Shown here piece by piece: positions 1 through 28,054 of a stretch of 64,000 nucleotides of DNA; the first letter of the stretch is position 1, and each line of letters begins with the position of its first letter. A program made the translations under genes and the position numbers. This DNA is from Octopus vulgaris (taxonomy: Eukaryota), in NCBI GenBank assembly GCA_951406725.2, contig OX597830.1:65906001-65970000 (forward strand). The letters are read 5' to 3'. The notes below the pieces were generated by a model that ran no database searches, was not told the DNA's origin, and saw only the letters and a list, made by a program, of their open reading frames with translations.

Positions 1-15288
<15,288 letters not shown>

Positions 15289-15736
15289 ATATACTGTAAG
15301 CTATATGTAGCTTTGCATTGACCATGTGGTATCGCGCCAAAGCATTATTGAGTCCTTCAAATGTTGTTCTCGACAATGAATGACATTATGCATTTGTCTG
15401 TGTTATTTTTTGTGTGTGTGTGTTCATGTGAGTGTGTATGTGCCTGTTTCTCTAATTGAATGCATGTGTTCAGGGCCTTGTGTTTGTTTATATGCAAGTC
15501 ATTAAATCTGGATAATTAAATCCAATGATTCTTTTTTTGTTTTGTTTTGTTTTGTATGTATGTTTTCCATGTGTGTATTTATACAAACGCTTGCATATTG
15601 ATTCACATCTGTAGGCAGATATACGTTTTCACATGTGTGCATAAACGAGTGTATATGTTTTTTATGTACGTATGCATGCAGATATGCATATGTATTTGTC
15701 AGTATATAAATAGATTTAATCTCGTATATATATATG

Positions 15737-15873
15737 CGGAGTGGTTGGCGTTAGGAAGGGCATCCAGCTGTAGAAACTCTGCCAGATCAGACTGGAGTCT
15801 GGTGCAGCCCCTGGCTTCCCAGACCCCGGTAGAACCGTCCAACCCGTGCTAGCGCGGAAAACGGACGTTAAAC

Positions 15874-15906
<33 letters not shown>
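15737..15906 (+). mobile_element. SINE family E (3' part, ends in a (GAT)n tail)
   Basis: ggagtggttggcgttaggaagggcatccagc...ccaacccgtgctagcgcggaaaacggacgttaaac(gat)n. Recurs many times in the window. Confidence 0.85.
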
Positions 15907-15942
15907 ATGCATACATACATAATTGAATTTATGTATATGTGC

Positions 15943-16140
15943 ACATCATCATTATCATCATCATCATCATTTAGCATCCGCTTTCCATGCTAGCATGGGT
16001 TGGACGGGTCAACTGGGGTCTGTGAAGCTGGAAGGCTTCGTCAGGCCCAGTCAGATCTGGCAGTGTTTCTACGGCTGGATGCCCTTCCTAACGCCAACCA
16101 CTCCGCAAGTGTAGTGGGTGTTTTTTACGTGCCACCTGCA
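15943..16140 (-). mobile_element. SINE family E, inverted copy
   Basis: Reverse complement of the 15737 copy with a (cat)n tail. A further + strand 3' fragment follows at 16176-16237. Confidence 0.85.
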
Positions 16141-16842
16141 CACGTATGGATATGAATTTATACATGTATATACATCGTCCAACCCATGCTAGCATGGAAA
16201 TTGGACGCTAAACGATGATGATGATGATGATGATGATATACACGTGTATGGATTTTTATAGGTATATGTATACATGTATGTATATCTATGCACATATGTG
16301 TGTGAGTATGGGGTAAACTTACACTATAGTTTTTTTTTTCCTCTTTTTATATGACATTTTTTATAATTGCTTTACATACTACCTACTCCTGTTCTTTATT
16401 CTCCCACACTATATTTTGTCTTTCTCAAGTTGATTTTCTTTATCATCTTTTAATTTATTGCTTTTCTCCCTCAAAGTCTTTACTTACATATTTGTCCCAC
16501 TCTCTCTTTCTGTCTCTTTCCTTATTCCCAATATTTCTTGGTCTCTCTTCCTTTTCTCTGTCTCTACAGTTGTGCATTACAGGTGTTTTGAAATATTTCC
16601 AGGAACACACACACACATACACCCATGTATACACACTCACAGCTATTTATCTATCTCCACACACTCACACATATCTGTGTGTGTATACTGACCTACCTAC
16701 CTACTTACCTACTAACCTACCTACCAACCTACATACATACATACATACATACATACATACATACATACATACATACATACATACATACATACATGCATAC
16801 ATACATACATACATACATACATACATACATGCATACACTATG

Positions 16843-17183
16843 TTGAGACCCTCTTTGGTCATGATTGACCATGGGATTGCACCTAGAAAGTTACCCTCTC
16901 AGGCACAAGTCTGGGCAAGGTTGTTTATGGAAGACCAGTAGTCGCCCATGCATACTGGCCTCTTCTCCCCATGCCACCCCTGTTATCCAAGGGAAAGGCA
17001 AAGGGGCCGATACAGCTTGGCACCAGTGACACCACAACCCATTTCTACAGCTAAATGAACTGGGACAACGTGAAATAAAGTGTCTTACTCAAGAGCACAA
17101 CACACACCCCTGTCTGGGAATCAAACTCACAACCTCCTGATCGTGAGCTCGACGCTCTAACCACTGAGCCATGCGCCTACACA
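16843..17183 (-). mobile_element. tRNA-derived SINE family D
   Basis: The minus strand has A-box tggctcagtggtt and a B-box-like gtttgattc. The body matches the copies at 24911 and 25252. Confidence 0.85.
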
Positions 17184-17242
17184 ATACATACATATATGCA
17201 TTACACATTTGCATAAACCCCTCAGAGGAAATTAGATTGTCA

Positions 17243-17420
17243 TGTGAAAAGCACCCAGTATACTCTGTAAAGGGATTGGCATTAGGAAGGGCATCCAGCA
17301 GTAGAAACCAAGCTGAAACAGACTTTGGGGCTTGGTGTGGCCCCTACCCTTGTTAGTTCATGTCAAGCAATCCAACCGATGCCAGCATGGAAAATGAATG
17401 TTAAATGGTGATGGTGATGA
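17243..17420 (+). mobile_element. Diverged SINE family E whose tail runs into a satellite
   Basis: ttggcattaggaagggcatccagc...ccaaccgatgccagcatggaaaatgaatgttaaatggtgatg. Confidence 0.75.
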
Positions 17421-18635
17421 TGATGCTTATGTTAAATGAATGTTAAATGAATGTTAAATGTTAAATGAATGTTAAATGAATGTTAAATGGTGATGGTGAT
17501 GATGATGCTTATGTTAAATGAATGTTAAATGAATGTTAAATGTTAAATGAATGTTAAATGAATGTTAAATGGTGATGGTGATGATGCTTATGTTAAATGA
17601 ATGTTAAATGTTAAATGAATGTTAAATGTTAAATGAATGTTAAATGTTAAATGAATGTTAAATGAATGTTAAATGGTGATGGTGATGATGATGCTTATGT
17701 TAAATGAATGTTAAATGTTAAATGAATGTTAAATGTTAAATGAATGTTAAATGTTAAATGAATGTTAAATGAATGTTAAATGTTAAATGAATGTTAAATG
17801 TCGATGGTGATGATGATGCTTATGTTAAATGAATGTTAAATGTTAAATGAATGTTAAATGAATGTTAAATGGTGATGGTGATGATGATGCTTATGTTAAA
17901 TGAATGTTAAATGTTAAATGAATGTTAAATGAATGTTAAATGTTAAATGTTAAATGAATGTTAAATTTTAAATGTTAAATGAATGTTAAATGTTAAATGT
18001 TAAATGAATGTTAAATGAATGTTAAATGAATGTTAAATGGTGATGGTGATGATGATGCTTATGTTAAATTAATGTTAAATGTTAAATGAATGTTAAATGA
18101 ATGTTAAATGTTAAATTTTAAATGAATGTTAAATGTTAAATGAATGTTAAATTTTAAATGTTAAAATAAATGTTAAATGTTAAATGTTAAATGAATGTTA
18201 AATGAATGTTAAATGGTGATGGTGATGATGATGCTTATGTTAAATGAATGTTAAATGTTAAATGAATGTTAAATGTTAAATGAATGTTAAATGAATGTTA
18301 AATGAATGTTAAATGTTAAATGTTAAATGAATGTTAAATGTTAAATGAATGTTAAATTTTAAATGTTAAATGAATGTTAAATGTTAAATGTTAAATGAAT
18401 GTTAAATGGTGATGGTGATGATGACGCTTATATTAAATGAATGTTAAATGTTAAATGAATGTTAAATGAATGTTAAATGTTAAATGTTAAATGAATGTTA
18501 AATGTTAAATGAATGTTAAATGTTAAATGAATGTTAAATGAATGTTAAATGTTAAATGAATGTTAAATGGCAATGGTGATGATGATGCTTATGTTAAATG
18601 AACGTTAAGTGGTGATGGTGATGATGCTGATGATG
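17395..18635. repeat. Compound satellite: AATGTTA and AATGAATGTTA units punctuated by GGTGATGGTGATGATGATGCTTATGTTA
   Basis: Anchor motif at about 17408, 17489, 17571, 17675, 17800, 17871, 18039, 18215, 18408, 18569 and 18611, with variable numbers of 7- and 11-mers between anchors. Confidence 0.95.
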
Positions 18636-18897
18636 AGTCAACTTCAGTATGATTAATAAGCTTGATTGATTCTACTAATATCATAGACTCCAGCCATCGT
18701 TAATTATTTATTGTAATCCATAATTTTTATTGATTAACAACAATAAATGTTGAATCTATATTCATATATGTACATGTGGACATGTATACAAGTATATGAT
18801 AGTCTAAGTATATGCGTAACTGTTTAATACACAGATTCACACACAAACACATAAAAATCTGTATACAGATGTGTGGGTGTATATGTTTAGAGATGTA

Positions 18898-19723
18898 CAG
18901 GATGCGATGGGTAAATTATCACCATTTTATATTTTCAATTTCACACATGTGCATTGTTTGTTTTTTATTTTGTCAACTACACAGTATAGTAGGGTCAGTT
19001 GGGCACTGTCTGTGAAGAAAACAGCACCATGAGGCAATTCGGTTTGCCAGAAATTTGGAAACGGCACGCTGTATTGCTTGGCATTCACGCCAGAAGCTCC
19101 AATATGAACATTTCAGAGTGTTTGGGTGTCAATCTGAGGACAGTGCAATCTGAGGACATGTACCGAGAGTGATAAAATTCAAACATCCAGTCAACATCAT
19201 GGTATTTGGAGTCATCACTAGTGATGGCAATGTTATGCTTCGAAGGAGGTAGTACTGTTCTGGGTCAAGAGGATGACTGCTGGAAGACCCTATGTCTGGC
19301 AACAGGACTCTGCACACAAGCAAGGGAACCAAGTCATGGCTGTCAGAGAATTTCTGTGGCAACATCACTCCTAACATCTGGTCACCTAACCCCCCAGACT
19401 GCAACCTCCTTGATTATTATGTGTGGGGTGCTGTTGAGTGAGAGACCACCAAAACTCCTTGTAATGCTAAAGATGAACTGAAGGCAAGGATTATAACAGC
19501 ATTCACCTACTTAAACAAGAAGACTGTCCAGGAGAGCTGCAGGAGATTCCAAAGTCATCTGGTGGCATTGGTTGAAGTCAGTGGTGATTTCATTGAATAA
19601 ATTTACTCATTTGTATTTCAAGATATTTTTATGTAATTTTGGTAAATGTATCTGTTAAAATGAGATGTCGGTGTTATTTTCATTTTTGCGTAATTTCGAC
19701 AACAGTTTATTCACTGTACCCTA
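18898..19723 (+). mobile_element. Internally deleted Tc1/mariner-superfamily DNA transposon (maT/DD37D-like)
   Basis: TA-flanked imperfect TIRs (caggatgcgatgggtaaatt / agtttattcactgtacccta). Transposase remnants lie across frameshifts: KFKHPVNIMVFGVITSDG, YVWQQDSA, WSPNPPDCNLLDYYVWG. Confidence 0.8.
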
Positions 19724-19800
19724 TATATGTAGACATGTCAACAAGCTAAAATGATAGTTGCACAGAAACATAGACAAATAAATGGGAAACAAATAACAAA

Positions 19801-20310
19801 TCTATATATATAAAACTATAGTTGTGTGAGTGTCTGTCCCCTTCGATTTAGATTCCTAACTCCTCCCACATTTTGCGATGCAGTTTAACCAAATTCGGGT
19901 ATCTTATAGTCGTGATTAATATCAAGTCCGTCTGAGTATTAGCGCGCGTCTACGATGAGTCTACGATTTTAAAAATAATTTAACATCATTTCTTATTCCA
20001 TTTTAATGCATAATTTTTCATGTGTCGATGGCGGCGGAGTTGGCGTCCACGCTCACACCTGCACCAGTTTGCTTCTCCCCCTTCCCTCCCTCGTGAAGCT
20101 GTGGGGAAGGGAGTGTAAAGAAATCAACGTCGTAATGCGTTGTCAAGGAGACCAGCGTTCTTTTAGAACAACGACTTCATGGCTTGAAGACACCAAAACA
20201 GAAATGGCTAAGAAAGCCCAAATTGGCATCTATAAGGGAAGTAACTCTCTAAAAATGCTTATATAGTTATTTCCCTTACAAACCCGAGCAACGCCGGGCG
20301 ATACTGCTAG
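19801..20310 (+). mobile_element. Non-autonomous Helitron, unit 1 of a head-to-tail dimer
   Basis: Starts A|TC(TA)n and ends with hairpin cccgagcaacgccggg plus cgatactgCTAG. The TC of unit 2 follows immediately. Confidence 0.85.
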
Positions 20311-20705
20311 TCTTTATATATAAAAGTGAAGTTGTGTGTCTGTCTCCTACGATTTAGATTCCTAACTACTCCCACATTTTGCGGTGCAGTTTTACCAAAA
20401 CCGGGTATCTTATAGTCGTGATTCATATCGAGCCCTTCTGGGTATTAGCGTGCGTCTACGATGAGTCTACGATTTAAAAAAAATTTACCATCATTTTTTT
20501 CCATTTTAATGCATTTTTTCGCTATTATATAAGGGAAGTAACTCTCTAAAAATGTCTACGATGAGTCAACGATTTTAAAAAAAATTTACCATAATTTTTT
20601 TTCCATTTTTAATGCATTTTTTTGCTATTTTTTGGCTATAACTCTAAAAATGCTTATATAGTTATTTCCCTTACAAACCCGAGCAACGCCGGGCGATACT
20701 GCTAG
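20311..20705 (+). mobile_element. Non-autonomous Helitron, unit 2 of the dimer
   Basis: TC start, the same 5' region and identical 3' hairpin, ending CTAG|T. No TSD, AT target site. Confidence 0.85.
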
Positions 20706-21634
20706 TAACAAATAAAAATAAAAAGAGCTAGACTAGAACTGGGTAAGAACATAAGCAAACACAATAATATATGTATGAACAAATAAATGGATAAATCATG
20801 TTAATATATATTATAGCAAATGGGCTTTTTCAATCTGATAATGTATGTATATATATATATATCTACAAAGGTGAATGTTTCTGCATGTACACACACACAT
20901 ACAAATATCTTTCTAGCTTTTAACAACCTATATTAAAATCTTTAATTTTACAAGCAAGAAGAAATTATTTAGATCATAATATATAATGTAAAAATACAGT
21001 GTATGCTTTACTCTGTCTGTTGTTACTCTTGTTTTGTACTTTATCCTTATAACAAAGATGGGTAAATAAAGGAAATGGAAAAATGATATATGACGTGAGA
21101 TGAAAATGAACTAGGAAGCGACGATTTATTCTCAGTTATAAAATACAATGATTGCCATACATGAAATGAAATAAACAATTGTCCAAAGAAATGCAAAGCA
21201 AAATAAATATATCAGAACGAAATGCAAAATTCAACTTTCAGTATTGATGTATCAGAGTGGATAGCATGAGGTAGAAAGCATGTATGTGAGTACGTGTGTA
21301 TGGATGGTGGGAAAAAATATTTGACAGTCAAAAATGTCTGAACAAAATATTTAACAATCAAAAACAGGAACAATGTGAAAAGGGAGTCCTGAAAAGGGAA
21401 AACATGTGAAAAATATGTAAAGCCAGTCTTTTGAAAGTACAAACACACAAAAAAGTTCAATGTATAGTAAGAGCCCACTTTAAGATGTTAGTGAATAATG
21501 TGATAATGGCAAAGAATAACTCTACAAGTGACAGGATAAGAAGATGCTGGTAGTCTGAAATCTATTAAACTGGCATCATTGTTGCAACAGTGTTAAGAAG
21601 TTGGCTTTGGCAGATGTTGTTAGAATGATGGTAA

Positions 21635-21698
<64 letters not shown>

Positions 21699-22004
21699 TG
21701 CTCAAAAACCTCGGAATATATAGAAGTCAACAACCAACCACCTGTTGGCATTTTCCAGCAAAGGGATGTAATTCAGCTATCCGCGCTATGCTACACCATC
21801 TTCTCTTTCCATTTTCTTTATTCTCCCACACAACATTTTTCTCAGATTTTCATTTACCATATAATGTACTATTTATGATACCTGAATTTTCCCCTGTTAA
21901 ACATAAAACTCACATTTTGTATTTCTATATCACACTCTTCATTTATTGACTTCTTACCTGAAAAACACACATACTCACAGAGGTGGAATACAAACTTATA
22001 TGTC

Positions 22005-22077
<73 letters not shown>

Positions 22078-22079
22078 GG

Positions 22080-22458
22080 GGGCAATGGCCCAGTGGTTAG
22101 GGCAGCGGACTCGCGGTCGTAGGATCACGGTTTCGATTCCCAGACCAAGTGTTGTGAGTGTTTATTGAGCGAAAACACTTAAAAGCTCCACGAGGCTCCG
22201 GCAGGGGATGGTGGTGAACCCTGCTGTACTCTTTCACCACAACTTTCTCTCACTCTTACTTCCTGTTTCTGTTGTACCTGTATTTCAAAGGGCCGGCCTT
22301 TTCACTCTCTGTGTCACGCTGAATATCCCCGAGAACTACGTTAAGGGTACACGTGTCTGTGGAGTGCTCAGCCACTTACACGTTAATTTCACGAGCAGGC
22401 TGTTCCGTTGATCAGATCAACCGGAACCCTCGTCGTTGTAACCGATGGAGTGCTTCCA
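22080..22458 (+). mobile_element. tRNA-derived SINE family C (tail variant 1)
   Basis: A-box tggcccagtggtt and B-box ggtttcgattcc. Head and middle are shared with the 28441 and 49181 copies. Flanked by (GA)n/(TA)n. Confidence 0.8.
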
Positions 22459-22479
22459 TATATATATATATATACACAC

Positions 22480-23030
22480 CAGGTTTAGTTAAATGTTTTT
22501 GAGTATTTCAAGCTTTAATTGATAGTTCAAACAAATTACATATGCAAAGTGTTTATTCATGAAAATATATCCTCCCATATTCTATTTTCTGTTGCCATTA
22601 TTGTACCAGAAGCTCAATTCCATGCTTATACCATTTGGCTGATTTAGAGGCAAAACATCTCCCTGCACTTGTTTTCAACCTCATCCACGGGCCATGGATT
22701 GGTGCAAATTCTGGACATTTGGCAAGGTGAAACAGCAACTCCAGCCTCTAAAATTCTTCATGTTTGTATTTGGTCACCTGAAACGTGTGTGCTGGATCAT
22801 TGTCTTGTGGGAATGTGTATCTCTGATTGACCAATGCCGAGTAGTGGGCTTTCAAATATTATATACTCACTGAAGTTAGCATTCACAATATGACCTTCTT
22901 GAACAAGATCAGAGTGCAATAACCCCTCCAAATTCCACCAAATGCACAACGTCTGTTCAAACTGCACTTGTCTGACAAGTTCTGAAACTTTGCGAGCATA
23001 CATGCCTAATTAAATTCATGTAAGAGCAAG
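22480..23030 (-). mobile_element. Decayed mariner transposase remnant
   Basis: Minus-strand peptides TLCIWWNLEGLLHSDLVQEGHIVNA and FASKSAKWYKHGIELLVQ*W resemble mariner catalytic-domain and C-terminal segments. Confidence 0.65.
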
Positions 23031-23949
23031 CCAAAGATCTTGAATTTACAAAGCAAACTTCTTAACCATATGATCAATACTTGATGCATCTGTGAATATA
23101 TATAGATTCATGTTCATTCACGTCTGTGTGTGTGTGTGTGTGCGCGTGTGTGTGTGCGTATGTGTGTGTGTGTGTGCGTGCGTGCATGTGTGCGTGTATG
23201 TGTGTGTGTATGTTTATATATATATATGTATATATATATACACACACACACACACAAATATTTATGTCTGTATATGTATAACTGAAAGAAGCCTACATTC
23301 ATGCATATATACATACATAGATATATACATATACACACACATATATATTTATATGTCTATATGAATATATATATATATATACACACACAACAGGCTTCTT
23401 TCAGTTTGCGTCTACATCACATCATGATGTACACTAGTTTTTTTGGGGAAATGTGTTTTGAAAATAGGATTGGTCCTGTACAGGACATTTCCTTACTTCA
23501 AAAAACTTCAAGCACAAGCATCACTTGTTTTTCGTCAGCTCTATTATGTATTGCATATTATGGCTGGACATAACCAAAAAAGGCAAAGCACTCAAGGAAA
23601 AATTCCATGATGGAATGAAGACATGCATCTATGTGTGGGTGGTAAGCTCTTTAAATATCTACAACCAGGGGTACCCATCATTGCCACACTTGTGCAAAAG
23701 AGTGTAAATGTTCTGAGCTGGACTTAAAAGCTACATCCATGTTGCTTACTCATGTCTAAGAGAAGAATTAAGGAATGGCAATATTTGAAATGAAGTTTCA
23801 GCCATCACGTATGTGTGAATGTGTGTGTATGTGTGTGTGTGTGTGTGTGTGAGTGTGTGTGTGTGTGTGTGCGTGTGTGTGTGTGTGCATGTGTGTGTGT
23901 GTGTGTATGCACATGTATATATGTTTGTGTACATGTACACTTATATATA

Positions 23950-24440
<491 letters not shown>

Positions 24441-24910
24441 CATCTATGTTGATATATATATATATATATATAACTGTATGTATACACACACACATGCACA
24501 CACACTCATGCAAATGCGCACATATGTAGACATTCACACACACACACATACACCTACACATTCATTTGCATACTTAAGAATACAATAAACAATTGTTGAG
24601 GAATTTAGCGTGCAACAGTCACAACTACCAATCCCATAATTAAAGCCTGTTTTGAGTTAATTTGTTTTCCATGTATCGTTTATGTTTTACTTTGAAACCA
24701 ATAAAGCAATTATTCTCTACCGAATAACACGAATTGTTGGTGCTTTGTTAAAGTTGCTGAGGTTGAAGGAGTATTATAGTTTGGTTCAATAACAAGAACA
24801 TTGATATTTCAACTCAGACCAAGACATTTTGAATAATGATTTCTTGTCAATGCATCTTGAGAATGGGATGGAGCAGTATTTGGATATTTATAAATGTATG
24901 TATAATATTT

Positions 24911-25601
24911 ATGTGAAGGTGCATGGCTCCGTGGTTAGAGCGTTGAGCTAACGATCATAATTTTGTGAGTTCAAATCCCGGACCAGGCTGCGTGTTGTGT
25001 TCTTGAGCAAGACACTTTATTTCACGTTGCTCCAGTTGAGTTGTGACGTCACTGGTGCCAAGCTGTATCAGCCTTTGCCTTTCCCTTAGATAACACTGGT
25101 GGTGTGGAGTGGGGAGGCTGGTATGCATGGGCAACTGCTGGTTTTCCATAAACAACCTTGCTCGGACTTGTGCCTGGGAGGGTAATTTTCTAGGTGCAAT
25201 CCCATGGTCAGTCATGACTAAAGAGGGTCTCAGCACTCAGCATTTTAATTTATGTGAAGGCACATGGCTCAGTAGTTAGAGTGTCGAGCTTACGATCGTG
25301 AGGTTGTGAGTTCGAATCTCAGACCAGGCTGCATGTTGTGTTCATGAGCAAGACACTTTATTTCATGTTGCTCCAGTTCACTCAGCTGTAGAAATGAGTT
25401 GCGACGTCACAGGTGCCAAGCTGTATCGGCCCCTTTGCCTTTCCCTTGGATAACTAACACTGGTGGCGTGGAGAAGGGAGGCCGGTATGCATGGGCGACT
25501 GCTGGTGTTCCATAAAACAACCTTGCCTGGACTTGCACCTGGGAGGGTAACAATCTAGCTGCAATCCCATGGTCTGTGTCGTGACCGAAGGGGGTCTCAG
25601 C
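24911..25601 (+). mobile_element. Two tandem SINE family D copies (24911-25233 and 25252-25601)
   Basis: Both start tgtgaagg.gcatggctc.gt.gttagag, have a gagttc(a/g)aatc B-box and end gggtctcagca. Confidence 0.9.
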
Positions 25602-25894
25602 AATATTTATAGCCATATCATGTTGAAAACATTGGTTCTTGTTACATCATTAAAGTTAAGTAACATTGAATCTATTTAGTACTTTGACAGGTGGGTGCTT
25701 AATAAACCAAGGTGTAGTAATTTGCAATACAGGCATTGTTGAGTAATTAAGAAGTTTGATTTGCATTCACATGATTTTGTGTTCAGTGCCAATGTGTAGC
25801 ATTTTGGGCGAGTGTCTTCTATCATGTTCTTTGCTAAGAGGGGGATGGTGACAGTGGACAATTCAATGGTGCACCCTCAGATTTAGAAAATACT

Positions 25895-26127
25895 TATTTC
25901 TTTATTACCCACAAGGGGCTAAACATAGAGGGGACAAACAAGGACAGACATAGGTATTATGTCGATTACATCGACCCCAGTGCGTAACTGGTACTTAATT
26001 TATCGACCCCGAAAGGATGAAAGGCAAAGTCGACCTCGGCGGAATTTGAACTCACAACGTAACAGCAGACGAAGTACCGCAAAGCATTTCGCCCGGCGTG
26101 CTAACGTTTCTGCCAGCTCGCCGCCTT
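25895..26127 (-). mobile_element. SINE family B, full length, with 16-bp TSD
   Basis: agatttagaaaatact at 25879-25894 and 26135-26150. Core gcctttcatcctttcggggtcgataaattaagtaccag on the minus strand. Confidence 0.92.
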
Positions 26128-26345
26128 TTAGAAAAGATTTAGAAAATACTGTTTACAAAAATCTCCATACAATACAAATTAGTGCATCACCACCACCCCA
26201 CCAAAATATTCAGAAGCACCTCCAGGCACCAAACTCTGGCAACGGGCCTGTCTTCTACTATAACTCTGGACTGCTTAAAACGTTGTAAGTAGATTTGGCA
26301 TTGGAAATGGAAATAAGCCGATTGTGTATAGATGTGGGTGCATGT

Positions 26346-26494
26346 ATCATCATCATCATCGTTTAACGTCTGCTTTCCATGCTGTCATGGGTTGGACGAT
26401 TTGATCGAGGACTGGCGAACCAGATGGCTGCACCAGGCTCCAATCTTGATCTGGCAAAGTTTCTACAGCTTGATGCCCTTCCTAATGCCAACCA
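26346..26494 (-). mobile_element. SINE family E fragment
   Basis: (cat)n gtttaacgtctgctttccatgc...gatgcccttcctaatgccaacca. Confidence 0.8.
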
Positions 26495-26502
26495 TCCATA
26501 TC

Positions 26503-26736
26503 TGTTTCTTTACTGCCCACAAGGGGCTAAACATAGAGGGGACAAACAAGGACAGACAAACGGATTAAGTCGATTACATTGACCTCAGTGCGTAACTGGT
26601 ACTTAATTTATCGACCCCGAAAGGATGAAAGGCAAAGTCGACCTCGGCGGAATTTGAACTCAGAACGCAACGACAGACGCAATGCCGCTAAGCATTTCGC
26701 CCGGTGTGCTAACGTTTCTGCCAGCTCGCCGCCTTA
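26503..26736 (-). mobile_element. SINE family B, full length, with 15-bp TSD
   Basis: ccaaccatccatatc at 26488-26502 and 26747-26761. Near identical to the 25895 copy. Confidence 0.92.
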
Positions 26737-26951
26737 ATATCCATATCCAACCATCCATATCAGTTAACGGTTATTTTCAATACTTTTCTCCCTGGATTAA
26801 GTGTTTGATTCTCTTTTTGTCTTCTGCAATTTTATTTTCTGATCTTCTATATATATATGAAGAATTTTCCTCCGTCTAGCTGTTTTTTCCCTCTGCAAAA
26901 CGGAAATTTGCATTATGGAACAGTCATTTTAATGAGATTTTTTATTTATTT

Positions 26952-27055
26952 ATCACCCGACGAGATACGTCTGCACCACCGGATACTCCTGAACCAGTTT
27001 TTGTGTATCCCACAAGAGGAGTTGATGCTAGATGTGTCGAAACAATTGTCGTGAT
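26952..27055 (+). ncRNA. Type I hammerhead ribozyme-like fold (U4>C core mutation)
   Basis: Stem I atcac/gtgat; core CCGACGA (26957-63); stem II gatacgtct/agatgtgtc; GAAAC-aatt-GTC (27039-50). Confidence 0.7.
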
Positions 27056-27129
27056 TATTAATAATATGTTCTCATATATTCCATCTTCTGTCTATCATTT
27101 GTTATTTATTATATATATACACACACACA

Positions 27130-27231
<102 letters not shown>

Positions 27232-27259
27232 TATGTATATATATACATACATACATACA

Positions 27260-27346
<87 letters not shown>

Positions 27347-27522
27347 CAAGTGTGAGAGAGAGAGAGAGAGAGATAATGATCAGAATAAGGAAATAAAACC
27401 ACTTGGGATAGATTTGCAAAATACACATAAATATAGACAAGTAAATAGAGAGAAACAAAAACTAAAAATATTTAGACAGTGGATATTCATGTATAAATAT
27501 ATATAAACATATATATATATAT

Positions 27523-27640
27523 TGCCAGATCAGACTGGGCCTGGTGCAGCCTTCTGGCTTCCCAGACCCCAGTTGCACCGTCCCACCCATGCCAGCATGG
27601 AAAGCGGACGCTAAACGATGATGATGATGATGATGATGAT
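27523..27640 (+). mobile_element. SINE family E 3' fragment
   Basis: tgccagatcagactgggcctggtgcagcc...gcatggaaagcggacgctaaac(gat)n, lying between TA repeats. Confidence 0.8.
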
Positions 27641-27708
27641 ATATATATATATATATATACATGAATTTCCATTGTCTAAATATTTTCAGTTTTTGTTTTC
27701 TCTCTATT

Positions 27709-27749
<41 letters not shown>

Positions 27750-28054
27750 ATGTATGTATGTATGTATGTATGTATGTATGTATGTATGTATGTATGTATG
27801 TATGCATATTTTGTATATCTAGCCCAAGTGTGTTTATTTGTTTAATTGCATCATTATCTCCATATCTGCTCACTTGGATTCCCCTTTTAGCCACTCTTGT
27901 CCCCACGGGCTTAATCCTTGATAAATATTTCAGAGAGTAAGTTCAACTCATTTGAACATTACAAAGTGTTTTCCATATTGTGCATCTCTGTATATCATCT
28001 GTTGATTATATATATATATATATATATATTATACACACATACACACACACCCTC

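Noticed and set aside
15311-15383. Peptide [14 protein letters not shown] resembling the CMGC kinase T-x-WYRAPE motif
   Set aside because: It lacks PE, a stop follows shortly, and no other kinase motifs were found. Probably chance.
22080-22150. tRNA genes at SINE heads
   Set aside because: A and B boxes are present but there is no complete cloverleaf, and each continues into a repeated SINE body.
23539-23641. Possible + strand exon (ttttcgtcag ... gtg|gtaagc)
   Set aside because: The splice-like ends are plausible, but there is no recognisable peptide or partner exon. RNA-seq would be needed.
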